A DNA stretch of 64,000 nt, taken from NCBI GenBank assembly GCA_964106915.2, contig OZ066927.1. One strand, given 5' to 3'. How positions within the stretch are numbered: the first letter of the stretch is position 1; the number at the start of each line of letters is the position of its first letter. Shown one piece after another: positions 27,101 to 39,790 of this stretch. Made by a program: the position numbers and the translations under genes. The notes under the pieces are model-generated. The model did not search any database. It was not told the origin of the DNA and saw nothing but the letters and a program-made list of their open reading frames with translations. Origin of the DNA: Podarcis gaigeae (Eukaryota).

Positions 27101-27340
27101 GGCCCCGCCCCTCTCCGGCTAGGATCCCGGGCTGACCCCGAGGCGCCTGCAGAGCCCCTGGCCAAGAGGAGACCCGGGGTCGGGGAGCGGCGAACCCCAC
27201 CTTCCCTCCGCCAGAGGTCCCGCTCGCGCCGCGGCCTCCCGGAAGGCAGCGCAGGCCAAGCGGCCGCTCCTCTCCTCCCCTCGCCCCTTCCCCGCCAGCT
27301 CCCGCGCGGAGCTTACCAGGGGGCTGCCGGTGCTGGCCAT
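12131..27340 (-). CDS. PDPK1: PDPK1, 3-phosphoinositide-dependent protein kinase 1 (14 coding exons, 553 aa)
   Basis: Exons 27317-27340, 23150-23404, 22306-22348, 21957-22094, 20596-20740, 19763-19860, 19227-19302, 17844-17912, 17598-17694, 16534-16707, 14242-14465, 13750-13807, 12738-12890, 12131-12238 (1662 nt, open frame, all GT-AG). Motifs [34 protein letters not shown] and a PH domain (KRKGLFARRR...KW). Confidence 0.97.
12572..12629. repeat. 21-bp minisatellite (AACACCTCCAGCACCTTCCTC, about 2.8 copies)
   Basis: Direct tandem copies in the last PDPK1 intron. Confidence 0.9.
18609..18816. mobile_element. MITE-like element with 35-bp terminal inverted repeats
   Basis: AGGGCTGTATTGGGACCTAGGCCTGGG(T/C)GATATAT and its reverse complement, 1 mismatch. 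Confidence 0.75.
20741..21956 (-). other. PDPK1: U12-type (minor spliceosome) GT-AG intron, PDPK1 intron 4
   Basis: 5' splice site GTATCCTT at 21956; branch sequence TCCTTAAC at 20759-20752, about 11 nt before the 3' splice site, with no polypyrimidine tract. Confidence 0.92.
20886..21458. mobile_element. Tc1/mariner-type non-autonomous DNA transposon
   Basis: TIRs CCGTACTGGCCCGAATATAAGCCGCA / TGCAGCTTATATTCGGGCCAATGCGG, TA TSD; GC-rich internal CTCCCTAGCTG repeats in both orientations. Confidence 0.85.
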
Positions 27341-27970
27341 GGGCGCGGGCTGCTCGTCCTTCTGCCCGCCCTCCGAGCGAGCGAACGACTCGGCCGCGCT
27401 CCAACCAGAGAGTCCGACCCAATGGGACGCCCGCGTCCTCCGTGAATGACGTCGGCCACAACAATGCTCTCTTCCGCTAGGGGAGGGCGGGACTTCCGCC
27501 CGCCTCCCTTCAGCACTGGATGGGCGCCGAGGCACTCAGCCACGTCTCGTCAGCTCACGCGAGACTGTCTTGCGCTTGCGCCAAAGAAGCCGGGCGGAGG
27601 GCGAGTAGAAAGAGGAGCAGGTCAGCTGACCTGCCGGCTCCGCGGGAAGCGGGAGTGAAGCAGTGCGTCACGCCCACTCGCTTTACCCACAACGCCTCTG
27701 GTTCGCCTCCAACCGCCGTTTCCCGTGATGCACCACTCCCCCCTTTGGACGGTGGCAAACTGAAGGGGGAGAGCTGTTCGGTAGAGAGGCTGCCTGGGGA
27801 CGCCTCCCGTGGATGACCCGGAGCCAGCTGGCTTGCTCGCTTCCTTCCTCCCATTGGCTCGGCTGGAGCTCGGGAAGCCGGAGGGCGGTGAAGAGGCTTT
27901 CAGGCCCGGGACTCGACTTCTCCGTCTGCTCTCTTCCTGCCTCAGCAGCGATGAGACTCTCCTGCTGCTG
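26760..27970. promoter_or_regulatory. CpG island / PDPK1 promoter
   Basis: Dense CpG around exon 1 (ATG at 27340); CCAAT near 27419, CRE-like TGACGTC near 27447, GC boxes, ETS ACTTCCG near 27492. Confidence 0.85.
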
Positions 27971-30419
27971 CCGCTGTTCTTACGCTCACAAAGATAGTGC
28001 AAGAGCCCCTGAGCCCACCACCCTTCAATATAAATATTCTCAGGGCTACTTGCACCAATGGAAAGCATCAGATATAACAAGATACTGTAATATTTATTTC
28101 ATCACCTCATTCCACAAAGATCTCATTGCAATTTATATCACTACAGGAAAAGTATACAGCAGAGATTTCATGTTGGTGACACACTTTTTAGACGTGCATC
28201 ATTTACAGAACAGTCATTCAGTTTTACTAGCAAACCGGAGGTTAAACTACCCTGGGAGCAGCATGGGGACTGTTTACGCAACACACACATTGTAGCCGAC
28301 ACATGTTTTTGGAAAGCTGTTAAAACAGAATACATACCAACTGAAGACGATCATGTAAGGTACTGAAAATTTAAAACAACAAAACAGCCTTGACATAACA
28401 GTTCAGCAAACACCACCTGCCAGCAGCAGAAGAGAGACATCAACCATCAAATGTCTGGGAATCAAGAACAGTCTTGGCCTGGAATGGCAGTGGTAGTGCC
28501 AAGTGGGTCTCCTTGGGAGGGGCACTCCTGAAAATACCCTTTCTCCTGTACTGGAGGAGGAACTCTGAAGAGAAGAGCCCGGATGTCAGATTAGATATAT
28601 GATCCATCTAGCCCAGTCTCCTGTGTTCACAAAAGCCAATTGGATGCCCCAAAGCAAAGCTCTCAAGCAGGACCCTGGTGTACCAGCCCACCTGCAGTTT
28701 CTAGCAGCTAGTGCTATTCAGAAGCATATACCCACTGGCCATCCCAGCAGTGATCCAATAGGAGAGCACATGGAATAGGTCGGAGTGGAGAGCCACTTCT
28801 TTCTCTGCTCACCAGCATTAAAAGGCCATATAATGGGTATGGAGGCAGGCAGGAACCAGACACAAACAGTTACTTCCTTTAAACTTCTGTAATTTCAAGA
28901 ATGTAGTACCAGCAGGTGTCGCCTTTTTGTATGAGCTGCTTACTGGATGCATTTGTAACTTCAAGGAATAGTCATCCCACATTCAAAAGAGGTTCACTGA
29001 AGGCACTTTGTGGGGGATGGGATGTCCAAAGTGGATTCAAGAGGTTCTGTAGTTGGATTTCCAAGTGGGCATCATTGTCAAAGCCACAAACACAGCCCTT
29101 GTGCCAGACTCCAAGCTAAAGTGAAGACATTCCGTCTCTGGCACACTAGTAACTTGAGGGAAGGGGGGACTCCTTCACCAGGAAATAAAGTTTGATAACA
29201 ATGATGGCCAGCCATTTCCTTTCTCTTTGGATGTGAATGCCTGACCCTCTCCCCCCGCCCACACACATCCTGTCCTGAAACTATGCCACCCTGTTCTCTG
29301 TGGGCTTCATCCATGCAGTGAAAGAGCATAGGTGGTGTAGGGTGGTACAGGGCTGAAAGATGGTCGCATTTCACTATAGCTGAGGGTCTAGTGATAGAAC
29401 ACAGGTCCTGAGGATGTGAACCTGGAAGTCATTGATTCAACTCTCAACTCAGCCATCTCAACTCATGGCAGGAGAACATCTAACTGGTTTTCTGGCCTTT
29501 TATGCCTTTTGGTTTTCTGGCCCCAGAGGGTATGGGGGTCTAGTCTACAGATGTCTGCACTCATGAGATAGCCTGGGCTGTACTTTCAAAACAATTAACC
29601 AGCTTAGATCTTTGCATGTGATTTGAACATATCTTTCTTGAAAATGCTGAGCAGAGCAGATCGGAGCTTCTGAGTAGAGCTCTGATTGGAACTGATTAGC
29701 ATCTGTGGCTGCATCACATGCCAGGAAGGGATGGGGTTGAGTGAGGCAAGCATCTGCTCAAGGCTGCAAGGTGCTGGGCTAAGGTGTTTGGCATTCATTG
29801 GGTTAGAAATGTCTCAGTATCTCACCCTCCTACTACTATCCTTGCCTCCCAACTTGGGAAGAGTTATTGAGCACAATGAATAAGTTCTAAGAGAAAGGAA
29901 ACACAGTTGCCAAAGGCTGGTCAGCCCTCTCCCTCTCCCCCAACCTCCAGCAAAAGACTTGCATGATGCTGCTTGCATTTGCCTGAGGCAAGATTATCAT
30001 TGGGGGGGTGCTTTCAGCGCTGATCTACTGATTGCTACCCTCCCTCACAGCAGCATGGAAGAAGGCTGCAGAGATGTGTGTTGCTGCTGCTACTGCTGCT
30101 GCACCACACAGATAATAAAACATCCTTCCTGGCAGCAGTCATGGGCGATAAACAGCCCCAGCTTGGGTCATTTTGAGTTTGCAGTTGGCCACTCTCACAC
30201 TGGAGGCAACACAATCTAATTTAGGCTGATAGTGCCTGTTGTGAAACCCCTCCCACCCGGAAAAGACAAGGCCAAGACTAACCAGCTCCTCATACCTGAT
30301 CAATAGCAATTCGGTGGGGGTGGGGGTGGGGAGAGTGTTTTTCCTCTGACCTCCATGGGACAGGAGCCGAGCTGACAGAGGTAGTCTTGAATGTGGTTTT
30401 GGAGAATCCCTTCATGGCA

Positions 30420-30710
30420 GTTTGGGCAGCTTCAATGTCCATGCTGAGGCTGCCTCAGATGGGCCAGCCTAGGACTTCATGGCCCATATGATAACCACGA
30501 AGCTGTCTCAGCACATCACTGAGCTAGCACATATGGCTGGGGATGGGCTTCACATGCTGTAAGCGGGGGGCTTATTGTGAATCCATCATCACCGACAGAG
30601 CATTCCCTGGTGAGGTTTGGGCTGAAGGCAGCTACTGCATGCTGCAGTGCTGAAGGAACTTGAGATGGTCAGCCTTCAGAGACCAATGGAATCTGATGGA
30701 TGCTTTAATT
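30420..30710 (+). mobile_element. L2 LINE endonuclease-region fragment
   Basis: Translates approximately LGSFNVHAEAASDGPA*DFMAHMITTKLSQHI, resembling the GDFN.H motif of LINE endonucleases. Confidence 0.5.
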
Positions 30711-31348
30711 CTCTGGTGGATTTGTAGATATTAAACCCATCTGCAATACAAGAAACTGCACCAAGAGCTGTTTCAAGGATACAGCTCAACCCTCCCTGGC
30801 TCCTTGATATTCTTGCCTTTTGTTGTGGGTGGCAGCTACCAGGCCCAGCAGCTTCAGATGCCCAGAAAGGCTGGGCCTGTGAGCCACCACTCCATCACCT
30901 TTCCCAAGGGGTGGCAGCAGCAGCAGCAGCACTGCAGGGTTCTGGTGGGGGACAGGGAGCAGAGATCTCAAAGGGCCTCTGTTCTGAGTGTAACCTTATT
31001 GCAGTTGCAAGCAGAACTCACTGGAAAGAAGCAGGCACCTCAAGTGAGGAAGCCGCCGTGTTGTGGTTTTTGCATCTGCTCTCCAACACTGTACTACCCC
31101 ATGCCAACCTGGCTGCACATGCTCCAACTATCAGCTCTGAGTCTCCCACTGCAAAGCAGCTCCCAAATGCTCCTCTGCCTCCTTTCTTCCAGGGATGCCC
31201 CCTTCCAAGGTCAGACAAGAGAGAGCCCTAGCCATCAAGTCACACTGACAGTCTTTTGTCCAGCCCCACTGGGGAAATATCCATCCATCGAGACCTCAGC
31301 CCAGCCATGGTCAGGGCAACAGGGCTCGCTTTGATCTGTGGGTGGGGG

Positions 31349-32631
31349 TCAGACATGGCTAGTGGGGCCCAGAACAGCCTGGGGGGAGTCCTTTGCAGCC
31401 TGGTCCAGGCCTGCTGCTGAGATGCTCTGCAGCAGCTGCTCAGCAGCAGGCCTGGAGCCTGGCTGGCTGTGGCCACCTCCTAAGGCGCAGTAATCATTGC
31501 TGCCAAAGAGGAGGAGGAGGGCAGGTGTCTCTGTCTCCAGTGGGCCCTGTTCTTGGAAGGTGAAGCCCCACTTGCATGGCAAAGAATAGCTCTCCTGCTC
31601 TATTTCCCCAGAGGGAAGGGGTGCCTCTGCTTCAGGCTGCGGCTGCTTCAGGTCTCCCTCAAGGCCTCTCTGTTTGCTGGCCATATATTGATAGTCTGGC
31701 ATCTCGGGCGGGGGGCAACTGCTCTCTTTGGACAGGGTCTCAGCCTCTGGCAGGGGCTGGCAGAAGGAAAGCCGGGAAATGCCTGCTGGGGGGGCTTTAT
31801 CCTCCTCGCCCCCCTTGCTGTGGTCCCAGGGCATCTCCTTGTCCTCGTTGCCACTGCTCTTTTCTGCCAGGCCAGCCCAGCGCTGGAAGAGAACAGAAAA
31901 TAGCCTCAGGTTCCCCACCTGGAATGGATTTCCATGCTGGAAGCCAGCATGAACACGATCCTGCTGCCCCCTCAGCTACTGCTGGAGTCAGTGTGTACCT
32001 CTTCTTGGGCTTCCTGCTACTTGCAGGGTGTGTGTTTATGTCCATCCCTAGACACCTGGAGAACTTGGTTGGTTGAGATTACTTTCTTTTAGTTACACGA
32101 TTTATGTGCTACTTCAGATTTCCAAAACTACATTTCGGAAACTACAACTAATCCAGAATGCAGCAGCTAGACTGGTGACTGGGGGCAGGCGCTGGGACCA
32201 TATGCATTGGTCCTGAAATACCTACATTGGCTCCCAGTACGTTTCCAAACAAAATTCAAAGTGTTGGTGCTGACCTTTAAAGCTCTAAGCGGCCTTGGCC
32301 CTCTATACCTGAAGGAGTGTCTCCACTCCCATTGTTCAGCCTGGACACTGAAATCTAGCGCTGAGGGCCTTCGGCGGTTCCCTTACTGCGAGAAGTGAGG
32401 TTATAGGGAACTAGGAAAGGCTTTCTCAGTAGTGGCACCCACCCTGTGGAACGCCCTCCCATCAGATGTCAAGGAGATATAGTAAGTAACTATAAAACCT
32501 TTAGAAAACATCTGAAGGCAGCCCTGCATAGGGAAGTTTTTAATGTTTAATGTTTTATTATGTTTTTATATATGCTGAAAGCTACTTGGACTGGCTGGGG
32601 CAACCCAGTCAGATGGGTGGGGTACAAATAA

Positions 32632-32673
<42 letters not shown>

Positions 32674-35600
32674 CCCAAAGAATTTTCCAAGCAGTTTACA
32701 ACCTGCCTTCAGACAAGGAGGCCAGGTCCTGCCTAGGCCACAAAGCTGCCAGCCTGACACCCACATCTCCCACCACTACCAGAGAGGAACCAGGAATACT
32801 CCCAGGCAGCAATACCAAAACCTTGCCCAGGAAGCCATCTCTGCAGCTGAAACCCCCTTCTCTTCTGAAAGGATGGGAGGCCCACTTCTCCATGGCAGCC
32901 TGAGAATTACACCCCACCCTCCCTGGCTTGATACTCAGCCATCATCAGGTTCAATGTGGCTCCTCCTGAGATCATGGTTGTTACCTTGAAATCCCCACTG
33001 TGTGAGAGATAAAGGGGCTGGAAATAAGCTGCTGGGCTGGGGATGTTTGTGCTGCAATGGCCCTTGGACCTGTGGAAAGAGAGAACCACAGCCCATGGGA
33101 AAACACCCCTTCTCTTCCTCCAGCCTTCCACAGTCCATCCTCCCTGGAAGCTGGTGGTGTACAAATAATTGTCTCCTCCTCCTGTAGAAGCATTATGCGC
33201 CCCTATTCCACCTCCTTGGTGCATGTCAACCCCAGTGAGGAAAAGAGAAAGCACAGGCAACCTCCTGCCCACCTGCTGGGCCAATTTGGAGCTGGAGAGT
33301 AGAGTCTGGTTGTATGCAAATGCCCTAGAAGGGCAGGTGTTCCCGCAACTGAAGGAAGTGGTGCTTCCATGCACACAAAAGGCTGAGCATCAGCCACACC
33401 CAATCTGAGAGCCAGTTCCCACTTCAGGGCAGGGCAGAAGGAGATAGATATACTGTAGTCTGTGTGCCTTTTATGTGGCAGATCCCCCTTTCCTGCTGTG
33501 GGAACCACAAAATCCTCCCTTTCCTGTGTCTCTATTTTCTGTGCTTGTGCATGCACTAGGCACATTGTTTGGGCGTGAGGAAGTGTAACTCAGCGTAGCA
33601 AAGCCCTGGGCCAGAGACCCCAACTCCTCCTCTGACCTCATGTGATGAGCAAAACACAAATATTGGTGCCTGAGCTCTCCTGGCTGCCTGTATGCAACAT
33701 CTCCAGGCAAAATGAATGAATGAATGAATGAATGAATGAATGAATGAATGAATGAGTGATATACCTCCAGAAGATTGTGAGTACCAGGAGCAGGAACAGC
33801 AGGATGCCCAGGCAGAGAAAGAGCAGGTTGAACACATGCTTCAGGAGGTAGGACTCCCGATGCTGCTGCCGCCCGTTGCCTGTGGATGGAATCATCAGCA
33901 CATCAGTACAGTGGAGGATTGCCCTCAGTTTGCCAAAAAAGGAGTTGGCGACCGAAGGAATGAGCACAGTTGCCTTTTTGTGGGTTTCACTTTGGAATGG
34001 CAAACAAGCAGACACACATTTCACCAAGAGCTTATTCAGCCTGTGTGGTGTGTGGGATATATTCAGTGGCGTAGCGTGGGGGGTGCAGGGGGGGCCGGCC
34101 GCACCGGGCGCAACATCTGGGGGTTAGGGTTAGGGGCGCAAATCCACGGGTTAGGGGGCGCAAATTACTTGCCGTGCCCTGGGTGCTGACAACCCACGCT
34201 ATGCCACTGGATATATTCAGTTCCAGTAAAATACTAAAGAAATCTTTGGGGGATGAAACTGGTAGCTGTAGAGAGTCTGTGTCTTGCCTGGGAAGGCAGA
34301 TTTTTAAAATCTGTTCCTTGAGAAGCTCACCTGACTAGTTCCGAGGAACACCAAAGAAGTTCTTTCCCCTCAAGAGATGTGATCCTGTTGTTTTTTTTAA
34401 TGTGGGGGGCTTTGTTGGTACTTTGTTTTGTGAGTTTTAACTTGCCTTTGAGCATAAGAAAAACAAAACCTATGACACAAATGAGTGTAAGCAAGAGAAG
34501 TGGAAATTGTGTGTGTGTGGACCTGGGTGTGTGGCACATCAAATGCAGCACAGCTTTCTACCAGACCTGGGGGGGCTTTCCACTTGGTGGTGGCGCTCCA
34601 CGGACTCCATTGGCTTCTGTAGTGCGTATTCACATCTGGAGTTTTGCAGCGAATTCTTGCCACGTACTCTACGCCAGACTCGAACTCGAAGCCCTCAATT
34701 TCCACCCATGTTTCTTTGTTGACCCAGACCTTGTTCTGTGCCTGCTGTGAAGGATCAGAGCACAAGCAATGATCCCATTAGACAGAATTCAGTTGGGCAG
34801 GCCCTGTAAGTCATAGCAAATGCCAGAAGGAGATGGGGGCTTTCGGGTGGAGACCTTATGCCGCTAACAGCCTGTTCAGACTCAACGTTTGCTTGTGCTC
34901 CCATCCAACCCCATTTTCTCAGTTGTAGATATCCCTGCTGCTCAGCCATTTGCCATCCACGTCACTGTGCAAACCTTGACCAGACGTCTCTGTGCTGTGT
35001 GTCAGCCAAGACCCCTCCTGTCTCCTATCCTCTAGGGCATCATGGTCCTTGAGAAGGCAAAAGGCGGCAAAACGCCTCCCACTCTCAGCCCATTTCAGTG
35101 GCCTCTTACCTCCCAGGGTGCTTCTGTGGTCTTGAATGCCAGTTCCCATTGCCAGTCGTCCAGGAAAATGTCTTCATAGGCCTCTGGCCTCCTCCACTGC
35201 ATCCAGCACTTGCTGGAACTCATGTTGCTCTGCAGGTCAAACGGTGGCTCACATTTGACTGGAAAGAGATGGAGAGCAGAGAGGAGGTGCTGCTGGGAGC
35301 CAAGAAGACCCCCACCCACCCAAAAGCAACACAGTGTGTATGTGTGCGCTCCTGGGACATCCTCCTGGCAGCAGCTGCTGCTCAGGGAGAACTCAGCAGA
35401 GCTCACCAGGATGTCCAGGGCTGGAAAAAGCTGAGAAAGAGAGGTGGAGGGGAGGGAACAGGCTGGGGGCAAACAGACTGTCCCCAGCAGCTGGAGGACA
35501 CAAGGACCCTTGCCTCCAACAATGGCCACTCCACCCATCCTGGAGAAGTTTGAGTCAGTCCTTCCACATGCAAGAAGACTCACTGTGCAGCCTGGGCTCA

Positions 35601-38079
35601 TACATCATAAAGACGATGAGTCCGTTTCCGGAGGAGGAGGAGGCATACAAGGAGATGCTGTACTCATCGTTCTCTGTGAACTCGCCCTCTTCACTATTCG
35701 CCGAGCAGCTGAACTGGTCCAGGGCCTCCTCAGAGAGATGGCAGATGAGGTCACTGTAGAGACCGAGGAGGCTGCAAAACAGAGAAGAGGAGGCAGAAGG
35801 TCCTTCTTTGGGGTGGCCGCCCAGCATGAAGCATGGCTGGGGGAATGTGGCCGGCCGCCATTAGAGAAGGAGAGAATGCCTCTGAGCATATGGAGAGTAA
35901 CTCCTATCACAACACTCACATACCTGGACTTCCTGACCAAAGTGTCTGACTGTGTGTCCGAAAGGGATGAAAGGAGGGAGGGACAGGGATTTGTTTCCAT
36001 GCAACCTGAAAATCTAATGGTGCACCTTGGAGAAATTGCCCGGTGGTGCCACCAGGGAAGTGACTCAGACAAACCTCTGGGGGCTGGGGTGGGCATGGCA
36101 TTGGGCAGAGCAGGCTTTGACTCTGGTTGTGCCTAGCACCATGGGCATTTTCTCCCAAGAAGATATACCCTGCTGTGGCTGTTGCTTTTTGGCCCTTGTG
36201 CTCCAGCCAAAGTCCTGGGAAGACTGCTCTCTGGCTCCTGAAACCCATCAATCACCAACATCCCCTGGACTGTGCAGGCATCTCCTTTTCCGCACAGCTT
36301 GCAACCACAGATGAGAGATACACTGCCCGGGAACCCAGAACCACCCTGCAATAAACCTGGCTTCTGCCAGCCCTCAGTCACCCCAGCAGGGACCAGGGCT
36401 TGGTGTCCCTGCCCTTACTCAGAGAAATTGAGGTGGAAGGGTCCCTCTCCCAGGATCTCGTCACGGCGGTGCCATGTGCAATTCACCCTGCGGCCCTGCG
36501 ACCCATAATTGTTCAGGCACCACACACTGTTGTTGGAGAGCCCTGCCAGGAGACAGAGAAAAGGGGGGAAGGGGTTCAGGGCACCGTTAGAAACCAGCCG
36601 CACACTCCTCAGTCCAGCACCACTCCCGCCCTCCCTTCTGAAATTTGGCTTGCGTTTATTCCAATTGTGCCATGACGAGGCACTGGGAAGAAGAGAAGAG
36701 GTTGCAGATGCTTTGGATACAAGAGCATAAGAACACAAAGAGAGCCCTGCAGTTGAATGGGTTGCTGGGAGTTTTCTGGAGGAGAGACCTGATTTGGGGA
36801 TTTCAGTGGACAAGCTGCTATGCACTTGTGTTTTCTTCTGCAACCTCCTGCTTCTCACCCATGTCTGAGCATGCCCTGTCCACTGCACTGGATGAAGGAA
36901 AAGCCCCTTCTCAGAGAGTGTCATCTAGTACAGGGCTGGTGCTCATCAGCTCTTTCTGATATTTTGAATTACTTTATTAAATCATCTTGATGAATTTGTT
37001 TTGTCGTATGCTACTGTGTTTGATATTACAGTGGTACCTCAGGTTAAGTACTTAATTCGTTCCGGAGGTCCGTTCTTAACCTGAAACTGTTCTTAACCTG
37101 AAGCACCACTTTAGCTAATGGGGCCTCCCGCTGCTGCCGTGCTGCCAGAGCACGATTTCTGTTCTCATCCTGAAGCAAAGTTCTTAACCTGAGGTACTAT
37201 TTCTGGGTTAGCGGAGTCTGTAACCTGAAGCATATGTAACCTGAAGCATATGTAACCCAAGGTACCACTGAACAGTCAAACCTTGGTTCCTGAATGCCTC
37301 CGTTATCATACGTTTCGGCTCCTGAATGCCGAAAACTTGGAAGTAACTGCTCTAGTTTCGAATGATTTTCGGAAGCCAAACAGCTTCTGGGGAGTTTTGT
37401 TCTTTTTTCTCCATTGACTTTGCTGACCACCCTTTGATCCTCAGTTGTCAAACATTTCAGACTGTACAGTGATTGCATTGTTTGTTATTTCTTAAAGCTA
37501 CTGAGATTATTGTGAGTCGCTTTGAGCTCAACATGTGTGGTTGGAAAGGCGGAATACATATATTACATCAAAAATCTAAACAAATGTAGAAAGGGAACTC
37601 TGTAAAGAAAACAGCGAAGACCCTAGGGACCTTCCCCCTTTCTCAAAGGGGCCAAAGCCAGGAAAGAAGCCCAGAGATGGGTCTGGATATGTCTCCCTGC
37701 CCCACAATAGGGTGAACAGCAGCATTTTAATCTGGAAAATGGCCTGTTGAGGTGGAGAGTTAAAGACACTACCCCCTCCTTCAACGCTGCTTTTCTGGAC
37801 AAAATTGAACCCCTGTCCCCCACCCCAACTGCTTGTAAGTTAAACCATAACACATTCAGAAGCATTGAGAGCAGGAGATGTCCTGAGAGACCTTGTGGTG
37901 CCTCTTGGGCTCCACTCTGGTCACAGGTCCTCAGATGTACATCCCATTCTCTGTGGGTCCATTTGGTGGCCAGGAACTGCTCCCCCCCCCCACCTACCTG
38001 TTTGCTGCATTTCCTCAGCCGCAAAGAGAGGGAAGAGGAGCACCTGCAACAGGCAGGTGGTCCGACAGCCTTCCCCCAT
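31349..38079 (-). CDS. IL9R: Interleukin-9 receptor-like class I cytokine receptor (8 coding exons, 484 aa)
   Basis: Exons 37998-38079 (signal peptide, GCCATGG), 36419-36542 (WCLNNY..NCTW), 35584-35771, 35110-35258 (KCEPPFDL), 34567-34744 (SQWSPWS), 33765-33879 (TM), 32985-33069 (Box1 IPSPAAYFQPLY..HSGDFK), 31349-31882 (SNDYCALG, cf. human IL9R NNYCALG). 1455 nt open frame. Receptor class is certain; IL9R orthology is inferred from motifs and position. Confidence 0.8.
32135..32672 (+). mobile_element. L2 LINE 3' end with (TAA)n tail
   Basis: LQLIQNAAARLVTG...LHWLPVRFQTKFKVLVLTFKAL; 3' tail GGGGTACAAATAAAATAATAAT... Confidence 0.85.
33712..33754. repeat. (TGAA)n microsatellite
   Basis: About 10 copies starting about 10 bp into the intron after the IL9R TM exon. 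Confidence 0.95.
34064..34209. mobile_element. hAT-type MITE
   Basis: TIRs CAGTGGCGTAGCGTGGG / CCCACGCTATGCCACTG; perfect 8-bp TSD GATATATT (34056-34063 and 34210-34217). Confidence 0.9.
37029..37270. mobile_element. Tigger/pogo-like MITE
   Basis: TA-CAGTGGTACCTCAGGTTA ... TAACCCAAGGTACCACTG; internal TAACCTGA repeats. Confidence 0.85.
37273..37464. mobile_element. Second, degraded Tigger-like MITE abutting the previous one
   Basis: CAGTCAAACCTTGG start, AGACTG-TA end. Confidence 0.55.
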
Positions 38080-38471
38080 GGCCAGAAGGACTCCTAGAAA
38101 ACAGAAGGACAGAAGGGGCCCTGTCAACCCACTGCTAAGCCAGCTCCTCTCCCTGCAGATGGAAAGTGACCTCCGATGGCGAGGCACTAAGGACTCTCTG
38201 TGGCAATGGGGCCAGGAATCTCATCCTGCACATGGCATGCCAAGCCCCAGGGAGGGAGACAGGGTGGATTCAGAAGAGCTGTTTCACCTGCCTCTTTACC
38301 ACGGAAGACTGTTGTTACTGTGTGTTATGCAGGACAGTGGTGAACGTGGGGGGATTGCAGAACCCCCCCCCCATCTTATAGAACATTCCTCAACAGCTAC
38401 AGCCATCTCAGTTGTGATGGGGACTTGCTGTATATCTACATCTATCTATATTATATATTTGATATAATATA

Positions 38472-38606
38472 CCATATTTTTCCATGTATAAGACACCCCA
38501 AATTTAGAAAATGGGCATATGCACTATCCATGTATAAGATGCCCCCAGATTTTTAACCTTATTTTAAAGTTAAAAAAACCCTAGTCTTACACACAGAAAA
38601 GTACAG
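38472..38606. mobile_element. Short mariner/Tc2-like MITE followed by (TA)n at 38610-38658
   Basis: TA-CCATATTTTTCCATGTATAAGAC ... GTCTTACACACAGAAAAGTACAG-TA; a related degraded copy lies at about 14790-14946. Confidence 0.7.
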
Positions 38607-38663
<57 letters not shown>

Positions 38664-39790
38664 TATAATTGCATCTCTATCTGCCCTGTAACAAAGCCTC
38701 AAAAGGACCCAAAGGACTCCCAGTAATTGGGAAGGGGGGGGAATTCTTATACCACCCAGGCTGAAATCTCATGGATGCTTACCTGAAAGGAAGCCCCATT
38801 GATCACAACTATTATATAAATTATAAATTATATCTGCCCTCCTCTGTGCCTTGACCAAACCCAATGTGACTCTTACCCGGAGCTCCTTTGGGGTCTTCTC
38901 TCTCTGGATGGATTTCGTGGGAGGCAAAAAAGCAGCCCAGAAAGCAATGGCAAGACTCTTGTGGCTGCAGATGGACTCTGTGGCTCTTCTTCTCCTGGAG
39001 CTGCTCCAGTGGCAATTTGCTCCGTCTTGGCCCCTGGGCTGATTAGAAAGAACAGTTTGTTTACCAGGCAGGAGGAGGTCTCTTTTCTATTGAGGCAGAT
39101 GTTGGCGATAAGTTTGGCAGGCTATGGAGATTGTCTCTAAGATTGTCAAACCGATTTTGAGGGGGTTTGAGGCATTAACCCTGTGGGTCCCCAGGAATGA
39201 GCCATGTGCCTGAAACCTGCCTGAGCCTTGTTTTTTGCCCTACATTTTTGCTACCTCATGTAAGGAGGTTGTGTCCCAAAACAGGGCTGGCCCAACCATT
39301 AAGCAAACTGAGGCAATTGCCTCAGGTGGCAGATGCTGGGGTGAGGCAGCAGCCCCCACATTTTCATCTAAAGCCCTCCTCCCTCCTCCAAGCCATTCCC
39401 CTGTTGCTGTGTGACCTATCCAGAAAACTGGATCTGGTCTGCTGTGTTAAGTATGGTGTGGAGGGCTGAATTAAGAGTCAGCTGCCAGTCCAGTCGTCTT
39501 CTGTACATGGGATGGGGGGGGGGTTTCCATCTTTCCTTCTTTGCCACAGACAGGCAGTTGAATATATTGGGCCGGTCATGCCCACAGAGGAAGGTTGTCT
39601 CCCTGGAGAAAGGAGAGAGCCATCCAGAGCCATCCTTGCAGCCTGGAAAGGGAGAAAGAGCACCAGTGAAGACTCAGCTGTACAGCTGCAAATATGTTTT
39701 AAGTGTTAGCTATAGGTCCATGGGGTGACCAGAACCCAACAGGGACTGCTTCCCCTGAAACACCTGCAGCCCAGATGCTCTGGCAGGGAT

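Noticed and set aside
12131-27340. PDPK1 as a pseudogene because of its divergence
   Set aside because: All 14 exons, splice sites, catalytic motifs and the CpG promoter are intact with an open 553-codon frame.
26713-28295. Cluster of ORFs around the PDPK1 promoter, possible divergent gene
   Set aside because: Stop-poor CpG-island sequence; no recognisable protein or plus-strand exon chain.
35444-36136. 230-aa plus-strand ORF
   Set aside because: Antisense to an IL9R exon and its introns; no recognisable motif.
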